This document shows, piece by piece, positions 1-13,219 of a stretch of 64,000 bases of DNA. The stretch is from Nymphaea colorata (Eukaryota). The notes under the pieces are model-generated. The model ran no database searches. It was not told the origin of the DNA and saw only the letters and a program-made list of their open reading frames with translations. The first letter of the stretch is position 1, and every line of letters starts with the position of its first letter. Position numbers and translations under genes: made by a program. The stretch lies in contig NC_045138.2 of NCBI RefSeq assembly GCF_008831285.2, positions 2,046,001-2,110,000 on the forward strand. Direction: 5' to 3'.

Positions 1-469
1 ATGAATGTTTGAACCATGAATTTGAATTTTAGCCATGTCTATTGTTCGAAATGAGTAGGTTTGTAATTTATGTCGCCAAAGTAACCTCTGTTGTACGAAT
101 TTTTCTGTTTTGAACATTAGATGATAGTATACTTGATCCATGCGAGCAATGATCAACGCAAAGGAGGATTATTATTTGGTCAGGTTTAAATATACAGGGC
201 AATGAATATGTGACAATTTTTTATGTTTCCATGTGAATAGTGAGTCTATCGAAAAATGGGCTCGTTATTTGACAGGGCTAATTATCTATATTCATTGTTG
301 ACCAACAATACCACTTGCAGTTAATATTTCAATTCAAATATTAGATATTAATGTTGCATCGGTACCTTGTGATGGGATTTGGGTCATTGTATTTAAATTC
401 ATTTATATTTGTTGTTTCATCTATATACATGTATTGATTTTGAGCATGTTTGGTATTTTTGTTCTTTGT

Positions 470-2690
470 ATAGTGAGTTCTGCTTTCATGATATTTACAA
501 ATTTGAGTACTATTCATGAGTTAAATGATTCGAATTTTAAAAGAAAGAAAAGAAAGACTATTAAGGAAGTTGCAGTTGATCAGTCATCCATTAAGAAACA
601 GAAGAAACATAAGGAAAGCCAATCAGGCTGCTTCTTTTGTAAGGGTGAAGGTCATATGAAGAAGGATTGTGCTAAGTTTCACGCTGGCGTGAAATGAAAG
701 GTACGCTTCTCACTTTGGTTTGTTCTGAGGTTAATTTAACTTCAGTACCCAGAAACACTTGGTGGGTAGATTCGGTTGCTACTACTCACACAAGTGTTTC
801 TTTGCAGCGCTGCATAAATTGTCGGACACCAAATGATGTTGAAAGATTCATCTAAGTGGGCGATGACAAGAAGGTGAAGGTTGAAACCATAGCATATTTT
901 TTGTTATTGTTAAAGACTAGCTGTTATTTGAATTTGACAGAAACTTATGTGGTACCGTCTTTTACATGGAATTTGATTTTTATATTCTCGTTGGACAAAT
1001 TTGGTTATTATTGTTCATTTAAAGATAGTAAATTTAAGTTATTTCTGCACTCAAATTTGATAGCCATCGGTTCTTTGTCTGGTAGCGATAACCTTTATTT
1101 GCTTGATACGGTTGCTTCATATTATGAAACTTTGCATGTTACGTCTAGTGGTACTAAAAGAAAATTAGTCAATGAGAATTCTGCTATGTTGTGGCATAGA
1201 CGCTTAGGACATATTTCTGAAAAGAGAATAAAAAGGCTTATGTCGAATGTAATTCTTGAGTCCCTTGATTTTGCAGACTTTAATGTTTACATTAAAAGTA
1301 TAAAGGGAAAACGAACAAGCATTAAGGCGTTATAAGTTTTATAATCCATCCAGTAAGTCTTTCTTTGAAACGGGAAATGCTCATTTCTTTGAGGATATTG
1401 AGTTTGGGGGAGGTGATCAGGTTAGGAGCTTTGCCTTTGAAGAGGGACCTAAGTTCACTCATACAGATGTTGTAAGCAATAGTCATGTATTCATTCCTGT
1501 CATTGTTCCATCAACATATTCAGGAGAAAGCAATGATGTCGATCTCCCTACTGAAGAACAAACTCAACAACCTCAAGAAAATCAAGTAAAGGTGTTACCA
1601 AGGAGATCCACTAGAGAGAGGAAAAATACAATTTCAAATGATTTTGTTTATCTCCAAGAACATGATGTTGATATGAACTTAATGAATTAATGAATGATGA
1701 TCCTATTAACCTCCAGCAAACAATAAAGAGTTCTAAATCTCATAAGTGGATAGATGTCATGAATGAGTAAATAAAGTCCATGATGGATAATGACGTATGA
1801 GAAGTTGTTCCCTTGCCTGAAGATGTGAAACCCATTGGTTGTAAATGGTTATTTAAAACCAAAAGAAATTCATTAGGTAACATCGAAAGGTATACGGCAC
1901 GTCTTGTCGCAGAGGGCTTTACTCAAAAGGAAGGTATTGATTATACAGAGACTTTCTCTCTAGTTTCATCGAAAGACTCTTTCATGACTATAATGGCACT
2001 TGTGGCTCATTTTGACTTAGAGGTGCATCAGATGGATGTAAAAACAACATTTCTAAATGGAGACATTGATGAAACGATATATATGGTACAACCAGAAAAC
2101 TTTGTTTTAGGGGATGCAAAGAAAATGATTTGCAAACTCAAGAAATTCATCTATTGGCTAAAGCAAGCTTCCCGTCAGTGATATTACAAATTTCATCAAG
2201 TTATAGTTTCATTTGGTTTCAAAACTAATATGGTTGATGAATGTGTATACCAAAAGTTTAGTGGGGGTAAATTTATCTTTTTAGTTTTATATGTCGATGA
2301 TATATTACTGGTAAGTAATGATGTGGGCACATTGCATGAAACTAAGAAATTTTTGTCAACAAAATTTGACGTGAAAGATCTTGGTGATGCATCTTTTGTA
2401 TTGGGGATCCAAATATTTCGAGATTTTTATCGGAGTATTCTTGGATTATCACAAAATGCCTACATTGATAAGGTGTTTCAGCGATATGGCATGAAAGATT
2501 GTAAACTAGGAGATACACCAGTTGCTAGAGGAAACAAATTTAGTCTTGAACAGTGCCCTAAAAGTGAAATCGAATCTAAGGAAATGGAAATGATTCCTTA
2601 TTCCTCTGTTGTGTGAAGCTTTATGCATGCTCAGGTTTGTACTCGTCCAGATATTGCATTTATCGTTGGAATGTTAAGCAGATATTGCAT
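470..2690 (+). mobile_element. Degenerate, internally deleted Ty1/copia gag-pol region
   Basis: Gag zinc knuckle CFFCKGEGHMKKDC (~628-670), protease motif WWVDS (~760), GAG-pre-integrase LWHRRLGHIS (~1190), and RT motifs QMDVKTTFLNG and LYVDDIL. Contains stops and frameshifts; the integrase core and RNase H are missing. Copia domain order (PR-INT-RT). Confidence 0.95.
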
Positions 2691-2871
2691 TGATTGTGTT
2701 AACATTCGTGATCATTGAAGGTTCAGCTAATTTTATTATAGCGAAAGCCGCTTTGGTTCTGTGTTAATATGATCATGGACGAGATTGGTGAAAATGATGT
2801 GTAATAAGATAGCAGTTTTGAGCTCCTAAGGTTTTATGTAATGTCTTAATGTATAATGACATATTTGGCCC

Positions 2872-2882
2872 AAGTGGGAGAT
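2872..2882 (+). promoter_or_regulatory. Polypurine tract of the copia element
   Basis: AAGTGGGAGAT lies directly before the TG that starts the LTR at 2883. A second copy (AAGTAGGAGAT) precedes 5110. Confidence 0.8.
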
Positions 2883-3307
2883 TGTAAGGATCATTTGGTG
2901 GGCCGATATATGTCTATGAGAAATTTCAGACATTATGACCGTCTTAATGTAAATATCTGTTTAAGTGATTGCATTTTGAAATATTACGTCATTTTAGATG
3001 GTATGGGGTAATTTTGAAATGTATAGATACCTGTACGCAATTACGGACTCTTTGATGGGTTGAATCCGTAATTTCCCTTAATATAAAATGGTAGTGGTCC
3101 CTGAGGTCATGCAATGGTTGCTTGAAACGTTGGTTTTTAGGGTTGTCTCTTCCCCATCTGAGAGAGACCTCACGTGCGCCGCAAAGACTCTAGAAGATCC
3201 TACCGCAATCTACCGTCCAGTTCTTTAAATGGATTCAGGTACGCTTCTGCTACAGTTAAGTTTTTGGTTTCAATGATTTAGCATGAACATGATCCTGTTT
3301 AGGGCAT
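2883..3307 (+). mobile_element. Copia 3' LTR, truncated copy
   Basis: Starts TGTAAGG after the PPT, is near-identical to 5110-5534, and breaks off at 3307. Confidence 0.8.
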
Positions 3308-4702
3308 TGTAATCACCCCAAATTTTTTTAAAGGACTATGATGTTTTATTCAAGTGCGAAATTCAAATTTGAGCACAAGATTTCCAAAATACTACTCTCA
3401 GATCCAAATTAAATCCAAAATAGAACTCTCAGATCCAAATTAAATCCAAAATACTACTTTTAGATCCAAAACCCAAGTTCAGATCCAAATCAATCATTTA
3501 AGACCGATTTGCCCCTCCTTTTGACCATAAAACCTCCTTTAGAGGGTGATTTTAGTCTTTTTCAAACAAGACCGATTTGTCCCTCCTTTTGACCAAAAAA
3601 CCTTCTTTTAGAGGGTGATTTTAGTCTTTTTCAAACAAGATCGATTTGCCCCTCCTTTTGACCAAAAAACCTTCTTTTAGAGGGTGATTTTAGTCTTTTT
3701 TTAAACAAGACCGATTTGCCCCTCCTTTTGACCAAAAAACCTCCTTTTAGAGGGTGATTTTAGTCTTTTTGGTAAACAAGACCAATTTACCCCCCTTTTG
3801 ACCAAAAAACATCCTTTTAGAGGGTAGTTTTAGTCTTTTTGGGTGGACAAGACTCATTTGCCCTTTCTTTTGGCCAAAAAAATCTCTTTTTGGAGGGTGA
3901 TTTTAGTCTTTTTAGGTCAAAAAAATTCAAATTTTGGGTTTTAGCTCCAAAATCCTCTAAAAATACCCCCCATATCCCCCCTCTTGGGCAAGATTGGTAC
4001 TTGGGAGAAACTCTAGTGTATTCTTACTTGAAGACTTAGAGTTTCTCTTGAGCTCTCTCTCTCTCTCCCTATTCCTCTTTTCATTTCCTTCTCCAACTTA
4101 GAACAAGTACTTTTGGAGCTTCATTCAAAAGGGGATCTTCAAGTGAAGGTGTTCATCTTCCTTAAGTCATTTCCCATTAGAGGTATGTAATCTTCATCCC
4201 TCTCATTTCCCTCTTCTTTCTTTTCATTAATATTCTTATTATTATGTTATTTCTTTTTCTTAAACATAGTCTTGTTGTTGTTTTCATTTTCTCTTCTCAT
4301 CTTCATCTCCCCATGGCCAAAGGAGATAGCACTCAACCTCTTTTTAGATACAAGAGGCTATGCTCAAATGCACCGGGAGCATGAGAAGATGAGATGATAT
4401 TTTATTTTATGATTAAATCATGCTCTTTCAAGTATTCTTGTTGTTCTTGTTCTTTCTATATATTAATATCTTCTTGCTCTTTTTCTTCTCTTCAATATAT
4501 TCTTGTTGTTGTTATTTTTTTCCTTAATGAATATATTTTTGTTGTTATTGTTATTTCATTTCTTCAATATGGTCTTGTCATTGTTATTTTATTTTTTTCT
4601 CTTCTTCCTCTTCCCATGACCAAAGGAGATAGCCCTCAATCTCTTTTTAGAGACAAGAGGCTATGCTCAAGTGCATTGAGAGTGTGAAAAGATGAGAGGA
4701 TC
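3308..4702 (+). mobile_element. Inserted fragment, probably part of a second (Gypsy-like) LTR
   Basis: Begins TGTAATCACCCC, resembling a TGTAACACCC-type LTR start. Contains ~31-bp and ~70-bp tandem repeats and an internal direct repeat (~4260-4395 and ~4570-4698). No coding capacity. Confidence 0.45.
3501..3915. repeat. Minisatellite, ~70-bp unit x6
   Basis: AGACCGATTTGCCCCTCCTTTTGACCAAAAAACC...AGAGGGTGATTTTAGTCTTTTT recurs at about 3501, 3569, 3638, 3708, 3779 and 3851. Confidence 0.95.
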
Positions 4703-5534
4703 TTTCAGCGATATGGCATGAAAGATTGTAAACTAGGAGATACACCAGTTGCTAGAGGAAACAAATTTAGTCTTGAACAGTGCCCTAAAAGTGAAATCGA
4801 ATCTAAGGAAATGGAAATGATTCCTTATTCCTCTGTTGTGTGAAGCTTTATGCATGCTCAGGTTTGTACTCGTCCAGATATTGCGTTTATCGTTGGAATG
4901 TTAAGCAGATATTGCATTGATTGTGTTAACATTCGTGATCATTGAAGGTTCAGCTAATTTTATTATAGCGAAAGCCGCTTTGGTTCTGTGTTGATATGAT
5001 CATGGACGAGATTGGTGAAAATGATGTGTAATAAGATAGCAGTTTTGAGCTCCTAAGGTTTTATGTAATGTCTTAATGTATAATGACATATTTGGCCCAA
5101 GTAGGAGATTGTAAGGATCATTTGGTGGGCCGATATATGTCTATGAGAAATTTCAGACATTATGACCGTCTTAATGTAAATATCTGTTTAAGTGATTGCA
5201 TTTTGAAATATTACGTCATTTTAGATGGTATGGGGTAATTTTGAAATGTATAGATACCTGTACGCAATTACGGACTCTTTGATGGGTTGAATCCGTAATT
5301 TCCCTTAATATAAAATGGTAGTGGTCCCTGAGGTCATGCAATGGTTGCTTGAAACGTTGGTTTTTAGGGTTGTCTCTTTCTCATCTGAGAGAGACCTCAC
5401 ATGCGCCGCAAAGACTCTAGAAGATCCTACCGCAATCTACCGTCCAGTTCTTTAAATGGATTCAGGTACGCTTCTGCTACAGTTAAGTTTTTGGTTTCAA
5501 TGATTTAGTATGAACATGATCCTGTTTAGGGCAT
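4703..5534 (+). repeat. 832-bp direct duplicate of 2476-3307 (RT tail, 3' UTR, PPT and LTR)
   Basis: Both copies start TTTCAGCGATATGG and end TTTAGGGCAT, with only a few substitutions between them. Confidence 0.95.
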
Positions 5535-5579
5535 ATTGGTTTTTTTTTTTTGTATATATATGAGGGAAATCTCCCAACA
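5110..5579 (+). mobile_element. Copia 3' LTR, probably full length
   Basis: TGTAAGG...CTCCCAACA (TG..CA ends), preceded by the PPT. Confidence 0.7.
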
Positions 5580-5929
5580 TGAGCATGAACATGATCTTGT
5601 TTAGGGCATTCCGTTACAGTTAAGTTTTTTGTATATATTCATTAAAACATAATTAAAAGCTAAAGTTTTGTTAATCTCATTTTGGCTTCGGATTTGGATA
5701 CCAAAAGTCTGATAGCTTCTTCCTTTTGGTTTTCCTTCACGTGTTCATGTTTTGAGGGTGAGTTTACCATCACTGGGATGGTTACTTTCGTTCTGCATGG
5801 TACGGTTTTGTCGTCTATTGTGCGAAGCGCGGTTCCATCTGGTTTCCAAATATATGGAGACTAGATATCTAAGTGAGGACGCGTTATTTTGAGTGTAATG
5901 TAGTTGGCTGGGCTAACAGGCTGGTGAAA

Positions 5930-6235
5930 GTCGAGTCGTGATTCTCGTGACTGCAAACAGTTGATATATTGTACTTTAGTTAACAAGTGTTGTGCTTTAA
6001 ACGAGTTACATGATTTAACACTTACACGAGTTGAACGAGTTAATACTTACACAAGTTAACGCCTAAACGAGTTAAATGGGCTAAATAATTCGAGTTCAAG
6101 CTCGATTTTGTATAGTCGAGTCGAACTCGAGCTTGCTATAAGGAGCTCGAGTTGAGTTCGAGCTCAAGTTTTTTTTAGCCAAGTCTAGTTCGAGCTGACC
6201 AAGCTCAGGCTCGACTCTGGTCGAGTGCAGCCCCA
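5930..6235. mobile_element. Partial MITE of the CGAGCTCG-rich family
   Basis: Dense TCGAG/CTCGA motifs ending in GTGCAGCCCCA. Similar to 23207-23648 and 51196-51647. Confidence 0.65.
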
Positions 6236-7559
6236 CCTATCATGGAAAAATATAAATAAAAATAGCATCCCTTTCACAACACGGCTAAAAGTTGGGTGCC
6301 CAGATGAAAATTTCCCTATTCTTGTTGAATAAACTGCATAATTTTTTCTTCTTTTCTTGCCATTCAGGTAATAAAGAGCATCGTCACATGTAAAGGCTGA
6401 CTACCACCAATAATATATATGTACTGATATGGGCCACTTGATCTGTGAACATGATCCAAATCGGGTCCATTTGGCCCGAGTCCGGTAGGATTATATATAC
6501 TTCGATGGACGAGAATCGGGATCCATTTGCTTGAATCTGGTAAAGAAAATAGGACCCAGAGATTATTCAGATTCGATATTGGTATGTAGTTTTGCAACTG
6601 AGACCAACCCTGAGCTCCAAATCCAACAGATAACCAACAAAGATCCGATCAGATTACACGTAAAAATTGGATATTCTGTCGATTGGATCTAGGTTTGGTT
6701 TAGAACATGCAGTTTGGTTCTGAAAAAACAGGAATCTGAGGGGTTTGTTTAGCTCAGCAAACCTGGATCTGATCCAAGTCTGAGTCCGATCTGTTTACAT
6801 GAAGGAAACATGATTGCCAATCCATTATTTTTAAATACTGTTAAAATAACTTTATAAACAAATGCAGAAAAGGTATATTGAAAGCCTACATGAGTTCCAA
6901 GATCTAGTAAATAATAAGTTACTGATGCTTAATTATGTGGCAAGGGAAACCATGGCAACATACATTGAATGAGTAAATGTTGAAAATATGTGGCTATAAA
7001 AAAACAATAATTTAATTTAAAAAAAAAAGATTTATACGAGCAGAAACGTTAGAAAAATATATAAAATTAATTGTGCCACCTCAATGTCAAGATTCTTTTG
7101 TAGTGTCTTTCATTGGATACATTGAGAGCTTTTTGTGCCTATTGGAAACTTTTGAGATTAATAAACGGTAAAGTGTTTTTCCCACCTGAATAGATAATAC
7201 GAGATTATCTCCATGGCCAGGTTTATGGTTGGATATCAATCCATAAACCAATATCATATCTAATTCAAAAAATTAAAGTTTGAATTCTAGGAAAATTCAG
7301 GAATTTTAATTGAAATGGTGAATAAAGCTAGTAATATGTTTGCATTTGAAGGCTTTTACGTTTAGATATGAGAATATTCAGTAGAAACAGATGACAAACA
7401 GCTAAAATTTAAAAATTTCTCGATTGAAAAAAGTCGCTACATTGGCATTAACAACATTTATAGTGCAGCGATGACTTATTGTAGTTTTAACGATCATTTA
7501 TAATTTTTTTAGTAATAAATTTTTAAATTTAAATCATTCAGGCATCTAGTGACATTGAT

Positions 7560-7880
7560 TTATGGTAGTTTTTTACACACGTTTTTTTCGAAAAAAAAAC
7601 GTGAAAAAACACGATAAATTAACTAGCAGTTTAAAACTTCAAAAAAATGTTAAAAACGAAAAACATGTGTTTCTTCGTGTTTTTTCATTTTTTTAATGTC
7701 AAACAGTTTTTTTTTTCTTTTTTTTTTATTTGCTACAAATCTACTTGTGTTATTAGTTTCTCACTTTTTTTTTTAGTTTTTTTAAAGTTTTTAAAATTTA
7801 CTATATATATATATATATATTTTTTTTAAGTTCATCATATTATACTCAAGAAAAACCTTGCTCTTAAAACTCTGATACAA
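7560..7880 (+). mobile_element. Degenerate copy of the CATAGTCACAAA hAT-MITE family
   Basis: The internal AAAACGAAAAACATGTG...CATATTATACTCAAGAAAAACC matches 51859-52230; the termini are decayed. Confidence 0.55.
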
Positions 7881-8764
7881 TTATGGTTTTAATCATCATT
7901 CATAATCTTTTTAACAATAAATTTTTAAATTTTTAAACTAAGAACAAAACTTAAATAATGACTCCTTTGACAACAAAATACAAAAGACATTGCAGTGTTG
8001 TTACAACTCTTAAGTCTTAATGAGGTGCTTCTCACGTCGCCGTCGTAGATGAGTTCGGACCGTGGAGTAGACTTCACCTTCGTGCGGTCATAGACATTCT
8101 TTTCCACCAGTGCGCTCTCATTCAAACGCCATACAAGATATCGCATGACATTAAGCACGTAGTTTCCAAATGGCGTTTCAATGGTGAAGGATGAAAAGGA
8201 GGTTTTGTCTCGATTATGTAGTGCTTTGATATACGACTTTAATGATTTCAATTAGTTTAACTCAATTAATCTTTTTTTTTTTTCATGTTTTTTTATCAAT
8301 ATCTTTTTAATCTACTATTTTTTTTTTATCAAACTAATAGACCCGATGAAAATCTAATAAATAGTTTAATTTCTGTGATGCTACTTTTTTGAACTACAAT
8401 GAATAGATAAACTAACATTCTAATTGATGGATAGGAATCTTAGTTTGTATCTACATCTTAAACCATTCCTCAACCTTAAAACAAAATGGAAAAAAAGAAA
8501 GGGGTTCATACAATTTTTTTTTTATCAATTTTAAAATTATATCGGCCTTATTTGTAATTCAAAATTTAGCAGCTTTTTCCTTTATTATGGTAAAATAATT
8601 AAAAATAATTTATGGAAGAAAAAAAGTTCCATTTTAAGTTATTGCGTGTGGGAGTTTAGAGATGCTGTTTAAACTGAGATTAGGGACACTAACTGAGATT
8701 AAGGAGACTGATTTCTCTTTCCCTCCCGTGTATATTGAATCCCTAATTCGCTTCGTGTGGAGTC

Positions 8765-8771
8765 TATAAAA
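8765..8771 (+). promoter_or_regulatory. Putative TATA box of RanBP1
   Basis: TATAAAA lies ~140 nt upstream of the ATG, followed by a pyrimidine-rich leader. Confidence 0.45.
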
Positions 8772-8905
8772 GGGCCCTTCCGGTTCCGGTTGGAATCCCT
8801 AATCACCGCCGCTTCCTTTCCTCATTTCTTCTCATTTCTCCCGAGGCACTCGCGCTGTCCACTCCTGCCCTCAACTCTCTGCCTCGCACGATCGACCGGT
8901 TATCC

Positions 8906-11900
8906 ATGGCGCCCACGGATCCGGAGAGGAACGAGCCGGAGGAGGAGACCGCAGAGGCCGCCGGAGACGACGAGGACACCGGAGCAGTCGTGCAGCCGAT
9001 CGTTAAGCTCGAGGAGGTCGCCGTCACCACCGGGGAGGAGGACGAAGAAGCTCTTTTCGATGTGTAAGTGAAGGCAGCCCTCCGATCTCGCTTGATCGTT
9101 TGTTTGCGCTTGAGGTCTATTAGAGCGTGAGGGTTTTACGCCGACGTGGTTGTCTTTTTCAGGAAGGCGAAGCTTTATCGGTTCGATAAAGAGGGAAATC
9201 AGTGGAAAGAGAGGGGCGTCGGTAGCGTGAAGCTCCTGAAGCACAAGGAAACTGGGAAGGTCCGGCTGGTTATGCGGCAGTCCAAGACACTAAAGATTTG
9301 CGCCAATCATCTCAGTAACGATTCTTTCTTTTTTTCGGCGCTTGATTTCGTCTCTTTTTGTTAGATCTGGAGTAAATTATGGCTAGTTTTTTTACGAGTC
9401 CAGTAACTTTGATTTGTTTCAGTCTTTCCTACGCTATCTATCCAAGAGCACGTTGGTAACGACAAGTCCTGCGTGTGGCACGCACCAGACTTTGCTGATG
9501 GGGAGTTGAAGGACGAACTCTTCTGCATCCGTTTCGGAAGTGTGGAGAGTGAGTGCAATTTATCTTCCCTATGTCTATGTAACTTTTCTTGTGGTCGTGT
9601 TTTCTAGTTGTTAATGCGGTTCATTTTCTTTTGATTAATGGTCTGTGGTGTGTGGCCCTTACAAGGTTTCATTTGCCTCGCAAGTAGATTTGCCCAATAC
9701 GGGTAATTAAGATCGCTCTTGGACCCTTATAAAGGGTGTTTTTTTGCCATCAGCCTTTGGGCCTTCTACAGTCTGGACACGTTTTCATTCCATATTGTTA
9801 TATCCACGGCACAAACTGTTTGTCGTCAATTTTTTTTTCTCTTAGGTTTTTAATCCTTATGGTGTAACAGATTTCTAATGGTTCTTCTTCGTTTTCTGTG
9901 CTTATCAGCACCTTCTTCACAAGCCACAATTAGGAAAATGATAACTGAAACAGTAATGCTTAATCACCAATGAAATACTGTTATGGCATTTAGGTTTATT
10001 TTATTGCTGACATGTTTTTGTGAAATGTTATTGTTTTCGGCTAACTATGCTCTCTTATTTGTATAATGGATGCCGGTGCAATTATTAATTAAATTTTCTT
10101 TATAAATGTTTAACCAAAATTCTGCTATAGACAAAATCTAATTGGAATCACCTTGTGTACTGTAAAGGTGATCCTTTCTATTGTGCTTTTTCTATTAGAA
10201 ATGATTTATCTTTCTTATTAATAGCTCAGTTGTTTTGGTTAGTATTTTTTGACATTTCAAGTTTCTGTGGTTAATAATTGACTGAGATGGAGAATTCTAG
10301 TTGTGGAATTCATACATGCAGTGAAAGAAAATGAATACGTGTGAGTGATTAGTTCTATTTGGACTTTGGAGTCTGACAAGTTGAAAATTTTCTTCTGGGA
10401 ACAGGAATCTAGGTGATTTTTTTGATTAATCGTTTTTTAGCAACACTAGGAGAAGAAAGATAGAGATTTTCATGCAGCCTTTTCCCTTATTGGTCATGTT
10501 GATAATGACAATAAGAAGCTATAAATTGAGCACTACCACACCATTTATCCAGTAACTTTTCATGCTTCCTGACCAATTTTAGGACTTTGTAATCTTATGA
10601 CAATATGGTCCTGCAAAACACTTGTTTTTCTGGTACATCATGGACATGTGGTAACTCAAATGTGCAGAATGTATCAATAATCATCAAATGTATGTGTAGT
10701 CTATGAAGATCTGATCATGAATGAAGTCTGGGATCCCTAACAGCCTGCTTGGATGGATTGAAAGGGAAGGAAAGGGAGCAAAATGTTAGCAATCCTGTAT
10801 TTGGTTAGTTAATTAAGAAGGAGGGGAAGGAAAGGAAAATAAAAAAAACATGTTTGGTTGCAAAGGAAGAAAATTATAGCACAGTGTAACTTCAATTCCT
10901 TCAGGATTAGAGAGATTGGGATGGAGGGGAAAAGGGTTGCTGCTTTCTTTTCTATCCATCTCGACTATTTTGATCATAAGGTGTTCATTTTTTTGAAATT
11001 ATATAAATATTGTTATTTTTATTGCCTTTTCCTGTCTATTAACTTAGTCCTGTTAAGCGTCCCAGGTGTGTGGCTGCAACTATTCGTTACTTCTAACTGC
11101 TTAACATAATTGGTCCAGGTTGCCTACTTGTCTCAGATTATTCTGGATTGAACTCAAACTCATGCAGAGATTTCATCACAAACCAACCAAATATTTTGAA
11201 TCAATAATGTAGGTAATAGGAAATGTGTAGGTAGTTTGTAGATGTTTGAGTCACTATGTTTGCCAGACATATTTTCAGTTAAAGAATCATGTGGTCATAC
11301 CAGAAGAAGGGTTATAGCTTCTCCATCTAAACTGATCCTTGAATCTCATACGAGGCAGTTAGTTAGGTTAATGAAAGTTGGTCAGTTTTTTGAACTCACT
11401 GTTTGAATATTGTTCAGATTTTGGTTTTTTAGATGTTTTGAATTTGAGTGGATGCATTAGATTACCAGTTTGAATCCATTTTCATCCTAGGAATTAATGA
11501 CATCGACCCACATCTCGCATAGATTCCAGAAATTCATAAACTTGTGCTCACTGTTTCCTGAATTTTGGAAATTTTCTTGGTGATGTCTCTGTTGCTTTTA
11601 ACTTTCCATGCATCTTTGGTCCCAAATGGTACTTTTGTGCTACCTGTTGTTGTTTGTAGATTAGATGTTTTGTTAATTCATATTTCTGCTATTCCATAGT
11701 CAGCCAGGACTACTTTGTGGCCTTGGACTACACTGAACCAACACAATTCTTCTTGTAAAGGCTAGTGAATATTTGTTTTTAAGATTGTAATGTCTCAAGG
11801 GTTGGGGTGGCTGGTTTTAGTTCTAGATCATTCATATTTAAAAAGGAAGGGTTTATAAAGATTGAGTTCCTATTACCAATTGTCTTGGTTTGTAACCTCT

Positions 11901-13169
11901 TGTTTTCAAGCTGAGTTAGGCTACAAAGTGGTTTGGGATCCACCATATGTTGCAATTGAATCGGTTTGGATTGAGTGATCAAAATTGGTATATGATGCTA
12001 TGAAAGTCAAATTCAATGATTGGAACAAAGATTTTTCACAAGTGAATAGGGATGTACACATGCCGAGTTTCAGCCAGCTTGGGTCGAACTTGGCTAGAGT
12101 CCTCAAGCTCTGCTCGATGAATTCATTAGTTCGAGCTTGGCTCAGCTCGAACATAATAATCTCTAACTCAGCTTGGTTAAGCTCGAGCCGATTGTCAGCT
12201 GGAGCCAATCCCAGCTGTTCATTAACTTTGGCGCATGAAATAATTTGAATTTATTTGAAAGGAGATGCTTAGATTTGATTTCTGAACGTGTTAGTTGCTA
12301 GCCACCTCAAAACACCATTGGGGTAGCTTTTCATTTATGTTAATATAGTCAACCATCTTTTGTGTATTCTTCTTTGCGAGCTTAATCAAGTTTAACCGAG
12401 CCAAGCTAGCTTTGCTCCTGATCAACCCATTAAATTAAGCAAGTTCATGTCTTAATTCGAACTCGACTCGTTTATTAAGTGAGTCGAGTTTAGCCGAGTG
12501 AGTTCGAGTCGAGCCCAAGTTGGTTTGACTCATTTAACATCCTTACATGTGAATGTGTTGCCTTAAGAGGTGTGGATTGTTACATTCAAAGGGGTTGGAC
12601 CACTGATTTTAGTTCTTTGTTAATCATCTTTGGAAGAGATGAATTATAAACATTCGGTGCCTCATTGCGCCTTGCTGCCAGTAATTCTAGCTTTTAGCCT
12701 TTCTGTTAGCAATTTGAGGTTGGATATGAGGCAGTCTGGGATCTGTTATATCGGACACATGGATCAGTCTTTGATAGGGTTTATATAATTTATCAGTGTT
12801 AATAAAGTACATTTTATCTTTATTTTATATGGTGTTTCTCTGTGTTTCCCGTCCATTTGTCATATGCTTATTTTTATGTTGATCAAGTCACCTAGAGCTT
12901 GGTACTCCCTTGTGTTTTCCCTTCTTCCCCCTTGGATCTGTAGTTCTGTGATGATCAGAAGCTAAGTCACATGGGTACTTCAGTAAGGTCCACGTACCCG
13001 TGTCGCCTTACCTGTACCCAAAATGGGTACTTTGACACTTGGGTACCTATAGATCCAAACTGCTTAATTTTACTTTGATTTAATTTTTTCCACCTTACTT
13101 TTTATTCTATTCTTTGGATGTTGATGTATGTTTTTTATTTTGATACATATTTTCTAAGTATTTCTTATT

Positions 13170-13219
<50 letters not shown>

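Noticed and set aside
3501..3915. Regularly spaced repeats resembling a CRISPR array
   Set aside because: These are contiguous ~70-bp units with no unique spacers, in a eukaryotic context with no cas genes.
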